Below, one piece after another: positions 18,909-30,043 of a stretch of DNA of 64,000 bases (its first letter is position 1; every line of letters starts with the position of its first letter). The DNA comes from Smithellaceae bacterium (lineage in GTDB: Bacteria > Desulfobacterota > Syntrophia > Syntrophales > Smithellaceae): positions 3,034,618 through 3,098,617 of the forward strand of contig OY820932.1 of the NCBI GenBank assembly GCA_963682015.1. The letters run 5' to 3'. Both the position numbers and the translations under genes were made by a program. The notes beneath the pieces are model-generated. The model did not search any database and was not told the DNA's origin. It saw only the letters and a list, made by a program, of their open reading frames with translations.

Positions 18909-20168
18909 GTGATGATGAAAAGAATACTTTGCGGTTTTCTGATCATGGTGGCCCTTTCCCTCTTTTTTTCTGTCGCTCCTGCATCGGCCGAAACAAGAAT
19001 ATTCGTTAAAGAATACAGCTACCAGGCAAGTGAAGCGGACAGTAAGCTGACCAGCCGGGCCATCGCGCTGGAGCAAATCAAACGGCTGCTTCTGGAAGAG
19101 CTGGGCACGTACCTGACCAGCCGCACGGAAGTTAAAAACGCTCAGTTGACCAGGGATGAAATTATTTCCTTCACGGCGGGTTCCGTAGCCACGATCATCA
19201 TTACGGAAAGCTGGAATGGTTCGGAATATTACCTGAAGGCGCAGCTCAAAGCGGATCCGGACCAGGTTGCTGAGGCGATTACCGCCATTAAGAAAAATGA
19301 AGAAACCGCCGAGGAACTCCAGCGTTTACGGACCAGGGACAATGAGTCGCTCAGGGAAATTGAGCGTTTGAAAAAAGAACTGGCCGACCTGAAAAAGAAT
19401 TCTTCTTCAGCCAACGAAGATAAAATTGCTAAAGCTCAAAAGGAATACAATCAGAAAGTCGCCGGTCTTTCCACCAAGGACATTGTTCATGAAGGCCTTT
19501 CTCTGATGAGGGAAAAGAAATATCCGCAGGCGATTGAGCAGTTCGACAAAGCTATACAGAATGATTCAAAAGCGGTATCTCCTTACATACTGAGAGGGAT
19601 AGCGCTGAACCGGTCCAGAGAATACGATAAGGCCTTAAACAACTTCAATCAGGCCATCGCGGTTTCGCCGGATGAAGCCCTGTTCTACCTGCATCGCGGC
19701 AATGTCTATATGGTCATGAAAGATTACGATCGGGCCATGCAGGACTATGATTCGGTTCTCCGCCTGCGTCCGAATCTGGTCGGGGCGATGATCATGAAAG
19801 CCCGCGTATACCGACAGCGCAACGATTACGAGGCTGCGGCAACCGAACTGGTCGGGGCTTCTCAGTTATACAGGCAGCATTACGGCCTTTACTGTGAACT
19901 GGGAAATACGTATTTTCGCATGAAACGGTACGGGGATGCAGTCAAAGTTTTATCCACTGGAATTGAGATTAAACCGTTAATGACACCCGCCTACGTGCTT
20001 CGTTCACAGTGCTATCTGGCCATGAAGATGAAGAAAAAGGCGATAGTGGATCTTGAGAAGGCCGCCAGCCTGGGAAATAAAGCGGCACAAAGCCGGCTGG
20101 ACCGGCTAAAAAGAAACGGCAAGCCTGACAAAAGCGACATCGATACGGACCCGATGAATAGCGAATAG
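18909..20168 (+). CDS. Secreted TPR-repeat protein
   Basis: Signal peptide, a coiled-coil segment, then 5-6 TPR-like repeats (AIEQFDKAIQNDSK.., ALNNFNQAIAVSPDEA..). Confidence 0.6.
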   Translation: MMMKRILCGFLIMVALSLFFSVAPASAETRIFVKEYSYQASEADSKLTSRAIALEQIKRLLLEELGTYLTSRTEVKNAQLTRDEIISFTAGSVATIIITESWNGSEYYLKAQLKADPDQVAEAITAIKKNEETAEELQRLRTRDNESLREIERLKKELADLKKNSSSANEDKIAKAQKEYNQKVAGLSTKDIVHEGLSLMREKKYPQAIEQFDKAIQNDSKAVSPYILRGIALNRSREYDKALNNFNQAIAVSPDEALFYLHRGNVYMVMKDYDRAMQDYDSVLRLRPNLVGAMIMKARVYRQRNDYEAAATELVGASQLYRQHYGLYCELGNTYFRMKRYGDAVKVLSTGIEIKPLMTPAYVLRSQCYLAMKMKKKAIVDLEKAASLGNKAAQSRLDRLKRNGKPDKSDIDTDPMNSE

Positions 20169-20493
20169 CCGGTGAGTCTGCCAGAGAATTGTTGAAGTAT
20201 TGGGAATAGTTTCACGGCTCTGCTCCAGAATATTTCGGTTCGGTTTGCGGGCGTTAACCGGTTATCGCGTCTGTCGTTGCTTTTCACGTGGGATCAATGC
20301 TCTGCGCCTCCCTCCCCTTACGCTGGATTCATCATTCTTTTATTGATTCAAAATATTTTAGCCGCGACAGCCTGTATAAGCCTGGACCGGCAGATGCGTT
20401 TTCCTCGCCGGGTTGGAAAACCATGATCAGCATTTTTCAACCCGGCGCCAGAATATTCAGATACTGCCTTCCCGGACCTCTGTCTTTCCGCAT

Positions 20494-21525
20494 TTACCGG
20501 ATCGGATTCATGACCGGAAGATCGAGCGCATATTTCAGGCCCGGTTCCGCGGCAACCACAGCGGGAATGATATGAATCGTCGGCGCAACGCTGGTTTCAA
20601 AACTTTGATCAAACGGAGGCATCAGCCCTTTGATTTCCGCATCGATAGCGGATGGCGAACCCTCCAGACGGATTCTTTCGACAATCCTGGGGGCCTCAAT
20701 CTGGTCGTTGCAGACATTGTGAACATAAACCAGCGTTACTTTTTCCGCATCGCCGACCATGCCGTGCCAGACAAATTTGTGCCCGCAAATGGTTCCCGCG
20801 GGAACGGATCCCCGGACCGTTTTCAGGGGAATGGAGGTTGTGAATACTTCATCTGTGCAATGAACATCCGTCAGATGAAAACCAAGTCTGTCGCCGACTT
20901 CCCAAACACCGTCTCCGTAATAAGTGGAAATTCCCCGCCGGATGGCTTCGATGTCCACGTCTTCCGGTTTTAAGCCGTAACCGAAAAACCTGACCCAGTC
21001 GGATGTGTTGCCCTGATCGTCTTCGCCGCATTCCATAAGCACCCGGTCGACTCTTTCCATGGCGGAGGAGAGTACAACGGGAAAATAGCTGGAATAAAGA
21101 CCGGGCATCAGGCCCATTTGCAAAAAGGTTACGCCGTGTTCCCTGGCCGCGTCGTCAAGCATTTTCGTGACGGCCGGGTCCGATTGCCGTGAATAGGAGA
21201 TCGGAATGGTCGTGATAACGTTTTTCCCGGCGCTGATCGCTTTAACGATATTGTCCGCACTGGGTTTGAGCGATCCTTTTTTCATCAGGCAGGGGAGGTA
21301 GCACATGATCACATCGGCATCCATGGTAAAAGCCTTCTCGGCATCGCTGGTTACCGTGACGCCCGCTTTCCCGAAACCGAATACCTCTCCTGCATCCCGA
21401 CCAACCTTGTCGGGGGCCATATCAATCGCGGCAACCAGCTCCAGACTTTCTTTCTGCATGCACATTCTGATTGCGACTCTTCCCACATTACCTAATCCCC
21501 AGATAATTACACGATGCTTTTTCAT
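20494..21525 (-). CDS. NAD(P)-binding oxidoreductase, DapB-like / amine-dehydrogenase family
   Basis: An N-terminal Rossmann motif (RVIIWGLGNVGR) and the overall layout resemble 2,4-diaminopentanoate-dehydrogenase-like proteins. Confidence 0.5.
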   Translation of the reverse strand: MKKHRVIIWGLGNVGRVAIRMCMQKESLELVAAIDMAPDKVGRDAGEVFGFGKAGVTVTSDAEKAFTMDADVIMCYLPCLMKKGSLKPSADNIVKAISAGKNVITTIPISYSRQSDPAVTKMLDDAAREHGVTFLQMGLMPGLYSSYFPVVLSSAMERVDRVLMECGEDDQGNTSDWVRFFGYGLKPEDVDIEAIRRGISTYYGDGVWEVGDRLGFHLTDVHCTDEVFTTSIPLKTVRGSVPAGTICGHKFVWHGMVGDAEKVTLVYVHNVCNDQIEAPRIVERIRLEGSPSAIDAEIKGLMPPFDQSFETSVAPTIHIIPAVVAAEPGLKYALDLPVMNPIR

Positions 21526-21850
21526 GATACTCCTCCTTCTATTTACGTATTGAAAATTCGCCCCTCCGGACCAAACCTGCCCTGATGCAGGGGTTTTGAT
21601 TATCGCCCTTTCATTGGTATTAAAAACATAATTTTTATACTTAATATATTATAATTATTTATTATTTAATATAAATAATATAATTATAAGTATTAATAAA
21701 AAACAATGTTTTTTATCCTGAAATAAACAGACTGTCAAGTTTTTTCAGATGTCTGTGCCGGAAAGGGCGGCGGGGATCAGCCGGAGGAAAATTGAATCAG
21801 GGATACAGGCTTAAGGATCCGGTTGACATGTTTTTGCAGACAACCGGGAA

Positions 21851-22456
21851 TTATCTGTCCGGATTTTCAATGGCGCGCCAGATCACATCAAAATACATGT
21901 TGATCTTCGCGGTCATGCTTTCCTTCTTTTTTAAGTAAAGCCATATGTAAACAATGCGGTGAATGACGCCGAACAGGATATCGAACATGAAATTGGCGGG
22001 AATCCGTGCATTGAGGATTCCCTTGCGCCGACCCTCTTCCAGAAGAGTGATAATCCGTCCGGCCAGTTCCTTTTGCTTGAACGTGGCGTCGGTCATCCAG
22101 GTCCTGAATGGCACTGTTATGATGACGATGGTTCCGATATCCGGATTCTTTTCATAAAAATCCAGGATAACCCAGATGATTTTGCGTATTTTTTCCTTGA
22201 TTTCTTCCAGTCCCTGGAGGTGTTCATCCAGACGGTGGTCGAGGCGCTGAATCCATTCATCGACAAATGAGAAAAGCAGGCGTTCCTTACTTTCATAATG
22301 CATATAGATGGTGTTGAGACCGATACCGGTTTTTTGTGCGATTTGACGCATGTTGACCTGGTGAAAATCCTGTCGGCTGAACAGTTCCTTCACTGCGGCT
22401 TCCAGTCTGGATTTGGCCTCCGGGGGAAGCATTTTTTTTGAGACGGTTTTCTTCAT
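21851..22456 (-). CDS. TetR/AcrR family regulator
   Basis: The HTH segment FHQVNMRQIAQKTGIGLNTIYMHYESKERL is typical of TetR_N. Confidence 0.8.
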   Translation of the reverse strand: MKKTVSKKMLPPEAKSRLEAAVKELFSRQDFHQVNMRQIAQKTGIGLNTIYMHYESKERLLFSFVDEWIQRLDHRLDEHLQGLEEIKEKIRKIIWVILDFYEKNPDIGTIVIITVPFRTWMTDATFKQKELAGRIITLLEEGRRKGILNARIPANFMFDILFGVIHRIVYIWLYLKKKESMTAKINMYFDVIWRAIENPDR

Positions 22457-22715
22457 GTGCGATTCTGAAAAACATCATTATTATGAAAAAGTTTCAGGTT
22501 GCCCGTAACTTAAATAAAACGGTCGGCCTTGTCAAGCGGGATGGAAAAAATATCCGCATTCATGGTAAAATGGGGGCAAAGAAACGGCCGGTGGTTTTCT
22601 TTCCGACTTGCCTGGAAAATACTGCTGATCTTTTTTCCGGGGCGATGTTGGAAGAATCGTTTTTTGTAAATATGAAAATTCAGCTTTTTGTTAATCGAAA
22701 ACAGGGTGAAGGACC

Positions 22716-23489
22716 ATGGAAGAAGAAATATATCATTCAGAGAGGACCGAGATCTGGCAGTGCGTGCTTGCTCAGGATTTGTTTCCGGGCGATCTGATTG
22801 CGGAGATCGGCCGGTCGTTTCTGGGCAAGCCTTATCAGACGGGTACCCTGGAGAAAAAAGGTCGGGAAAAACTTGTAGTGAATCTGTCCGCATTTGACTG
22901 TACAACCTTTGTGGAAACAGTCCTCGCGCTTGCCCGTTGCATGCGGAATGGAAAACTTTCCGCTCCGGAATTTCGTAAAAACCTGAAGTATATCCGTTAC
23001 CGCAGGGGGCAAATGAACGGGTACTCATCACGCCTGCATTACTTTACCGACTGGTTGCGCGACAATGAACAAAAGAAAGTCGTTACGGATATTTCACGTA
23101 AGCTTGGTGGAAAGCCCCGCCGTAAAAAAATCGACTTCATGACTGCCCATCGGGATTTGTACCCGGCCCTGGCTTCTTCAGCCGCCTTGGCCGGGATGCG
23201 AACCGTAGAGAAACATCTGGCGTCAAAAACGATGAACGTCGTTGCCGGCGGGCAGGTGTTTCGCAAGAAAGCCGGAATTCGAACGGGTGATGTCATTGCC
23301 TTTACAACGGACCAGCAGGGGCTGGACGTTGCTCATATGGGTTTTGCCGTAAAGACAGGAAGAAGCCTGCGCCTCCTGCATGCGTCGAGCAGGGAAGGAG
23401 CGGTGGTCATTTCGAAGGAAACGCTGCCCGTTTATCTGAAAAGCAATAAAAAATTCAGCGGTATGATCGTTGCCCGGTTTTTGGCATGA
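22716..23489 (+). CDS. DUF1460 (amidase-like) protein
   Basis: FDCTTFVETVLAL and SSRLHYFTDWLRDNE match the DUF1460 pattern from memory. Confidence 0.55.
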   Translation: MEEEIYHSERTEIWQCVLAQDLFPGDLIAEIGRSFLGKPYQTGTLEKKGREKLVVNLSAFDCTTFVETVLALARCMRNGKLSAPEFRKNLKYIRYRRGQMNGYSSRLHYFTDWLRDNEQKKVVTDISRKLGGKPRRKKIDFMTAHRDLYPALASSAALAGMRTVEKHLASKTMNVVAGGQVFRKKAGIRTGDVIAFTTDQQGLDVAHMGFAVKTGRSLRLLHASSREGAVVISKETLPVYLKSNKKFSGMIVARFLA

Positions 23490-23627
23490 TTGATCATTAC
23501 TCAGGATCAGGCTGCCGCCGATATGGCTGCTGAACGGTACAGCAGGATTATCGCCACACTGCCTGGCGGATTTGAGGTTAAGGGCAGATGATAACGTTAT
23601 TCTTCTATATGCCGAGAGGAGATTTCC

Positions 23628-25151
23628 GTGCCTGTTCCCGCCGACCGAGAAATAGGATCAGAAAAAATTTGGTTAACCCTCATCAATCCATTTTCCCGGT
23701 TCCTGATGATTCTGGTTCCTCTGGTCGTGGTCGGCTGTGCTGTTGGTCCGGATTTCAAAAAACCGGATGCGGCCCCGCCCGGGCATTATACATCGACACC
23801 GCTTCCCGCAACAACGGTTGCCATTGCTGCGAAAACCGGCCAAGCGCAACGGTTTGCTTTTGCCGGAGAGTTGCAGGGCGAGTGGTGGCGTCTGTTCGGT
23901 TCGCCAGAACTTGACGGCCTGATTCAAAACGGCTTTGAACATAATCCCACCCTGGCGGCCGCCCGCGCCGCGCTGACGAAAGCGCAGGAGGATCTGCGCG
24001 CGATGAAAGGCGCCATCCTGCTTCCAGCTGTGAATGCCAATCTTCAGGGGTCAAGGCAGAGGACATCAGCGAATGCCGGAGCGGGTGACAGCAATACATA
24101 CAATCTTTTCAACGCATCCGTGGCCGTTTCCTATACACTGGATGTTTTCGGCGGGGGACGGCGTCAAATAGAATCCTATCAGGCCCAGATCGATTATCAG
24201 CGTTTTATGATGGAGGCGGCGTATTTGACGCTGACGGCGAATATCGTGACGACGGCGATTACGGAAGCCTCTCTTGCTGAGCAGGTTGCGGCAACCCGGG
24301 AAATTATCACCGCCGAAGAGAGACAACTGGAGTTGTTCAACAGGCAGTTCGAACTGGGCGCGGTTTCCAGGGCTTCTGTGCTGGCCCAGGAATCGCAACT
24401 GGCCATCACGCGTGCGGGATTGCCGCCGCTGGAAAAACAACTGGATACAACCCGGCATGCGCTGGCGGTTCTTGCCGGACGGTTTCCCGGCAGCGGGCAG
24501 ACGGCGCGCTTTCGTCTGGATACCCTGCAATTGCCCGGAGAATTGCCCGTCAGCCTGCCTTCCGCCCTGGCGCGGCAGCGTCCGGATATTCAGGCCTCGG
24601 AAGCTTTGCTGCATCAGGCCTGCGCAGCGGTAGGCGTCGCGACGGCGAACCTGTATCCGCAGATTACGCTTTCCGCCGGATACGGTTATCAGGGAATCAG
24701 CACGGATATTCTGTTTACCGGGCAAAGCCTGATCTGGAATCTGGGAGCCGGCCTTTTGCAGCCCGTTTTCCGCGGTGGCGAACTGCTGGCCAAGAGGCGC
24801 AGCGCCATTGCCGCCTATGAGCAGGCGGCGGCCCAGTACCGGCAGGTGGTGCTGAAAGCGTTTCAAGATGTAGCGGATGTCCTGCGCGCCCTGGAGACGG
24901 ATGCCCGGACATTACAGGCCGGCGTCCAGGCGGAATCCGCGGCGAAGGCATCGCTGGAGTTGACTGAAAAACAGTTTGAACTGGGCGCGGTAAATTTTGC
25001 AACGCTTTTAATGGCGAAGCGGGATTATCAGAAGGCGCGAATCAACGTCATTACCGCACGGGCTCAGCGATATTCTGATACGGCTGCGCTTTTTGCGGCT
25101 CTGGGCGGCGGCTGGTGGAAAAGGGATGGGGGAGCGGGTGCGGCAAAATAA
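23628..25151 (+). CDS. RND efflux outer-membrane factor lipoprotein (NodT family)
   Basis: Lipobox VVVGC followed by PDF, and two OEP repeats with the LPxxxL / QRPDI motifs. Confidence 0.85.
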   Translation: MPVPADREIGSEKIWLTLINPFSRFLMILVPLVVVGCAVGPDFKKPDAAPPGHYTSTPLPATTVAIAAKTGQAQRFAFAGELQGEWWRLFGSPELDGLIQNGFEHNPTLAAARAALTKAQEDLRAMKGAILLPAVNANLQGSRQRTSANAGAGDSNTYNLFNASVAVSYTLDVFGGGRRQIESYQAQIDYQRFMMEAAYLTLTANIVTTAITEASLAEQVAATREIITAEERQLELFNRQFELGAVSRASVLAQESQLAITRAGLPPLEKQLDTTRHALAVLAGRFPGSGQTARFRLDTLQLPGELPVSLPSALARQRPDIQASEALLHQACAAVGVATANLYPQITLSAGYGYQGISTDILFTGQSLIWNLGAGLLQPVFRGGELLAKRRSAIAAYEQAAAQYRQVVLKAFQDVADVLRALETDARTLQAGVQAESAAKASLELTEKQFELGAVNFATLLMAKRDYQKARINVITARAQRYSDTAALFAALGGGWWKRDGGAGAAK

Positions 25152-25195
25152 AACGATGGATGTGTAATCAGGTAACGAGGGCGAGGGGAAGGAAA

Positions 25196-26326
25196 ATGAT
25201 GAAAAAAATGATCATCATGCTGATTGCGGTTGGTGTGATTTTCGGCGGCATTTTCGGATATCAGGCATTCCAGTCCTATATGATGAAAAAATACATGTCA
25301 GCAGGCGGAGCCCCGGTTGCGGTTGTCTCCGCTGTCAAGGTGATTACCGACGAATGGCAGCCGCAGATTTCAGCTGTGGGCAGCCTTCGCGCCGCGCGCG
25401 GTGTGGACGTGGCCGGCGAAACAGCCGGTCTGGTGCAGAGCGTGAATTTTCAATCGGGAGAAAACGTCAGAGCCGGCGATATTCTGGTGCAGCTCAACGC
25501 CGATACCGACACGGCACAGATGCAGACGCTTACGGCGTCGCGTGACCTGGCCAGGAGTGTGTATGAGAGGAATCAGAAGCAGTATCTGGCCCAGGCAGTG
25601 AGCAAGGCTTCCCTGGATGCGGATACGGCCGATCTGAAAGTCAAGGAAGCGCAGGTGGCCCAACAGCAGGCGCAGCTTGTTAAAAAAACGATCCGCGCGC
25701 CGTTTGCGGGTCGAGTGGGCATTCGCCTGGTCAATCCGGGACAGTATTTGAATGCGGGAGATAAAATCGTCACGCTCCAGTCCCTGGACTCGGTTTATAT
25801 CGATTTTAATCTGCCGCAGCAGGAGCTGGCCCGGATTGCGGTTGGACAGACCATAACCGCGGCAACCGACACCTACCCGAATAAAACCTTCCATGGAAGA
25901 ATCACCGCCATCAGCCCCAAAGTGGACGCACAGACGCGCAATGTACAGATCGAGGCCCTTGTGGCCAATCCTCGACATGATTTGCTTCCGGGCATGTATG
26001 CGACCGTCAGAGTTCAGGCGGGCAGGACCGCGCGCTACCTGACGATTCCCCGTGCCGCCGTAACGTTCAATCCTTACGGAGAGACGGTTTACGTGGTGGA
26101 GGAAAAGGGCAGGGGAGCCGACGGCAAACCGGCGCTGGCCGTGAGGCAAAGTTTTATTACCGTCGGACCTTCACGTGGCGACCAGGTGGCCGTGCTCAAA
26201 GGCCTCAAAGAAGGCGAAACCGTGGTGACGGGCGGCCAGCTCAAACTGAAACCCGGTAGTTCTGTCTTGCTCAACAACACCGTGCAGCCGTCCAATGATC
26301 CCCATCCCGCCCCCAGAGATCCGTGA
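25196..26326 (+). CDS. RND efflux periplasmic adaptor (MFP)
   Basis: TM anchor, lipoyl/hairpin motifs (IRAPFAGRVG) and a beta-barrel domain. The start at 25196 follows a GAGGGGAAGG RBS. Confidence 0.85.
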   Translation: MMKKMIIMLIAVGVIFGGIFGYQAFQSYMMKKYMSAGGAPVAVVSAVKVITDEWQPQISAVGSLRAARGVDVAGETAGLVQSVNFQSGENVRAGDILVQLNADTDTAQMQTLTASRDLARSVYERNQKQYLAQAVSKASLDADTADLKVKEAQVAQQQAQLVKKTIRAPFAGRVGIRLVNPGQYLNAGDKIVTLQSLDSVYIDFNLPQQELARIAVGQTITAATDTYPNKTFHGRITAISPKVDAQTRNVQIEALVANPRHDLLPGMYATVRVQAGRTARYLTIPRAAVTFNPYGETVYVVEEKGRGADGKPALAVRQSFITVGPSRGDQVAVLKGLKEGETVVTGGQLKLKPGSSVLLNNTVQPSNDPHPAPRDP

Positions 26327-26342
26327 CGGAGAGAACCTGCTC

Positions 26343-29300
26343 ATGAAATTTACCGATATCTTTATTAACAAACCTGTTCTGGCCGTCGTCGTAAGCCTTT
26401 TGATTCTGGTACTGGGACTGCGCTCCATCAACCTGCTGCCGGTGCGTCAGTATCCCAAAACGCAAAACGCGGTTATTACCGTCAGCACGATCTATACCGG
26501 CGCCGATCCGGAACTGGTTTCCGGCTTCATCACCACGCCGCTGGAAAATTCCATCGCGCAGGCCAACGGCATCGATTACCTTACGTCAAAGAGCACGCAA
26601 AGCATGAGCACCATTACCGCGAACATGCGCCTCAACTACGATGCCAATGTGGCGCTCTCCGAAATCAACACCAAAGTCAACGCCGTTCTCAACCAGCTGC
26701 CCAGGGCTTCCCAGCAGCCGGTGATCACCATCTCCACCGGCGAAGACATGGGGTCCATGATTTTCGGGTTTTACAGCAAAGACCTGCCGACGAATAATAT
26801 TACGGACTACCTGATCCGCGTGGTGCAGCCCAGGCTTCAGGCGGTGGAGGGCGTACAGACCGCCGAGATTCTGGGAAAACAGGAATACGCGCTTCGGGCC
26901 TGGCTGGATCCGGATAAAATGGCGGCTTACGGATTGACCGCCGCGGATGTGACGGCGGCGCTGACCGCCAATAATTTCATTTCGGCGCTGGGGCGGACCC
27001 AGGGGCAGATGGTGACCGTGGACCTGACGGCGGCGACGGGTCTGCATACGGTGGAGGAATTCCGCAAACTGGTGATTAAATCCTCCAATGGCGCGATTGT
27101 CCGGCTGGAAGACGTCGCGCATGTCAGCCTGGGCGCCGACAGTTATGATATGACGGTGCGTTTCGACGGCAAGGCCGCCGTGTTCATGAGCATCAAAGTG
27201 GCGCCAAACGCCAACCTGCTGGCGGTTTGCGACCGTGTTGCCGAGGCTTTCCCGTCCGTGGCGAAACAATTGCCCGAAGGGCTGGAAGGGAAAATCGTTT
27301 ACGACGCAACCGACTATGTGGACAGTTCCGTTAAGGAAGTGATCATCACCCTGATCGAGGCGCTGCTCATTGTGACGCTGGTCATTTTTCTGTCGCTGGG
27401 CTCCGCGCGCTCCGTGCTTATTCCCACGGTGGCCATTCCGCTTTCTCTCGTCGGCGTGTTTGTCATCATGCTGGCTCTTGGATACACGATTAATCTGATG
27501 ACACTTCTGGCGCTGGTTCTGGCTATCGGTCTGGTTGTGGACGATGCCATCATCGTCGTGGAAAACGTTCAGCGCCATCTGGAGGGCGGCGCCGGGCTGA
27601 TGCAGGCGGCGATCATGGGCGCGCGGGAACTGGCCAGCCCGATTATCGCCATGACGGTCGTGCTCATTGCCGTGTATCTGCCCATTGGCTTCATGGGCGG
27701 ACTGACCGGGGCGCTTTTTACTGAATTCGCCTATACGCTGGCAGGCGCTGTCCTGGTTTCGGCCATTGTTGCCCTGACTCTTTCACCCATGATGTGCTCG
27801 CGGATACTTAAAGCGCCGGAGCCGGGTGAGCGCCACCGGTTTACGGAATTCATCGACCGGCAGTTCAATCGGCTCCGCGGCGGCTATTCAAAACTTTTAC
27901 GGGGGGCGCTGAATTCCATGCCCGTCGTTCTGGTTTTCGCCGTCCTGATTTTAGGCAGCAATTATTTTTTATTTACCAACTCCAGAAGCGAACTGGCGCC
28001 GCAGGAAGACCAGGGTTTCATCATGGGCATGCTGACCGCCGCCCCGGATGCTACGCTGGAGCAGACCAGACTTTACTCTCTGCAGACGTTTGACCTGCTG
28101 AAAGGCATTGCTGAAATCGATCATATCTTCCAGGTGGAAGGATTCAATGGTTTGAATTCCGGATATACCGGCGTCGTCCTGAAACCCTGGGACAAACGCA
28201 CCCGGACCACCAGAGAACTGCAACCGGAAATCCAGGGTAAAATCGGCGCAATCGCCGGGGCCAATGCCGTTTTCTTTCAGCCTCCGCCTCTGCCCGGCAC
28301 CGGCTTTGGACTGCCGGTGGAGTTTGTCATCGGCACGACGGATTCCTTTGCCAGACTCGATGAGGTTTCGAAAAATTTCCTTCAGGAAGCGCAAAAAAGC
28401 GGTCTGTTCATGTATGTGGACAAGGATCTGAAAATCGACAAGCCGCAGACAACGCTGGAGGTCGACCGGGATAAAGTGGCGCAGATGGGGCTGACCATGC
28501 AGGATGTGGGTTCGGCAATGGCCTCCATGCTCGGCGGGGGCTACGTCAACTATTTCAGCATGTCAGGCCGGTCCTATAAAGTTATCCCGCAAGTCCGGCA
28601 AAGTGAAAGGCTGACGCCGGAACAATTAATGAATTATCAAGTCAGAACCACGGGTGGGACGTCCGTTCCCGTATCCACCTTCGCCACACTCAAAACCCAG
28701 GCGGTGCCCGTGTCCATCAACCATTTTCAACAGCTCAATTCTTCAACGATCTCCGGGATCCTCACTCCCGGCGTCACGCTGGGGCAGGCCCTGGAAGAGC
28801 TCAAGAACATTGCCGGCCGGGTGCTACCCGAAGGATACAGCATCGACTACGGCGGAGAGTCCCGGCAGTATATCAAGGAGTCGAGCGCGCTTCTGGTCAC
28901 CTTCGCCTTTGCCATGGTGATTATTTTTCTGTGTCTGGCTGCTTTGTTTGAAAGTTTCCGTGATCCGGTCATTGTGCTGGTCAGCGTACCCATGTCCATC
29001 TGCGGAGCGCTGGTTTTTATCAGCCTGGGCGTCGGCGATGCCAGTTTGAACATTTATACGGAGGTTGGCCTGGTGACGCTCATCGGGCTTATCAGCAAGC
29101 ACGGCATCCTTATCGTGCAGTTTGCCAATGACCTCCAGCGCGAAGGGAGAACAAGGCGCGAAGCCATAGAGCTGGCGGCAGCCACGCGTCTTCGCCCGAT
29201 CCTGATGACCACGGCGGCCATGGTGCTGGGCGTCATGCCGCTGGTCTTTGCGGACGGAGCCGGCGCGGCGGGCCGCTACAACATGGGACTTGTGATTTCC

Positions 29301-29408
29301 TCCGGCATCGCCATCGGCACGCTGTTTACGCTGTTTGTCGTTCCGGCCATGTATCTGCTTCTGGCCCATGAACACACAAAGGCCGTGCGTCAGGATGCTG
29401 CGCCGTGA
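26343..29408 (+). CDS. RND efflux permease (AcrB/MdtB-like)
   Basis: MKFTDIFINKPVLA, GLVVDDAIIVVEN and 12 TM helices with two large periplasmic loops. Confidence 0.9.
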   Translation: MKFTDIFINKPVLAVVVSLLILVLGLRSINLLPVRQYPKTQNAVITVSTIYTGADPELVSGFITTPLENSIAQANGIDYLTSKSTQSMSTITANMRLNYDANVALSEINTKVNAVLNQLPRASQQPVITISTGEDMGSMIFGFYSKDLPTNNITDYLIRVVQPRLQAVEGVQTAEILGKQEYALRAWLDPDKMAAYGLTAADVTAALTANNFISALGRTQGQMVTVDLTAATGLHTVEEFRKLVIKSSNGAIVRLEDVAHVSLGADSYDMTVRFDGKAAVFMSIKVAPNANLLAVCDRVAEAFPSVAKQLPEGLEGKIVYDATDYVDSSVKEVIITLIEALLIVTLVIFLSLGSARSVLIPTVAIPLSLVGVFVIMLALGYTINLMTLLALVLAIGLVVDDAIIVVENVQRHLEGGAGLMQAAIMGARELASPIIAMTVVLIAVYLPIGFMGGLTGALFTEFAYTLAGAVLVSAIVALTLSPMMCSRILKAPEPGERHRFTEFIDRQFNRLRGGYSKLLRGALNSMPVVLVFAVLILGSNYFLFTNSRSELAPQEDQGFIMGMLTAAPDATLEQTRLYSLQTFDLLKGIAEIDHIFQVEGFNGLNSGYTGVVLKPWDKRTRTTRELQPEIQGKIGAIAGANAVFFQPPPLPGTGFGLPVEFVIGTTDSFARLDEVSKNFLQEAQKSGLFMYVDKDLKIDKPQTTLEVDRDKVAQMGLTMQDVGSAMASMLGGGYVNYFSMSGRSYKVIPQVRQSERLTPEQLMNYQVRTTGGTSVPVSTFATLKTQAVPVSINHFQQLNSSTISGILTPGVTLGQALEELKNIAGRVLPEGYSIDYGGESRQYIKESSALLVTFAFAMVIIFLCLAALFESFRDPVIVLVSVPMSICGALVFISLGVGDASLNIYTEVGLVTLIGLISKHGILIVQFANDLQREGRTRREAIELAAATRLRPILMTTAAMVLGVMPLVFADGAGAAGRYNMGLVISSGIAIGTLFTLFVVPAMYLLLAHEHTKAVRQDAAP

Positions 29409-29668
29409 GGGTGCAGGCTGGCGGACAAATGATTGTTCCATGATGGATTGCAGGTATTCCTCCTGTCGGAAATACGAAGAATCATGATTTGAAAGGGAAA
29501 GGTGTCATCAGCCATGAGCACCAGCTTCTTTCCGAAAATCATCGGGTTTTTTAACCTCTTTGAAAAGCAAAGCGGCCTGATCCGGGAAGCGCAGGTCTCA
29601 GGTGGCATGCGGAAATAATGATGAATACTGCATAAATGCGGATTCGTCAGGGCTGAAACAAAAATACC

Positions 29669-29718
29669 TTGACAAAAAGACTTTCCCTGAACTAGTACAG
29701 ACAACAACGTTTGTTGTA
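29669..29718 (+). promoter_or_regulatory. Promoter P1 with shared operator
   Basis: TTGACA-N17-CTAGTA, then ACAACGTTTGTTGTA (CAAC-N4-GTTG inverted repeat). The same architecture recurs at P2-P4. Confidence 0.55.
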
Positions 29719-30043
29719 TAAATTCCCGTCGCAAGGTTGGATCTTGCGACGGGAAGCAGGGTGTGTCTCGGTAAAAGGTTGAATCAGCATAATGGGTTAC
29801 AGATGATGAAACGGAGCGGTCGCCTGGGCGCCTGCCTGCTCCGGATCGCCTTATCCCCGGCGGTTCGGTTTTCTTACATTCCGGGGATGAATAAGTGGAT
29901 CAACATTCTGAATTTAAGGGCCATCGGTATCTGCTGATGAATATCAGGGAGATATGCCGTTGATCTGCGACGAATACTGTTCTACCAGCCGTGTTGTGAA
30001 TGCGAAATTTCATAACCGGCAATAATATCTTAAAAAGGGGGAT

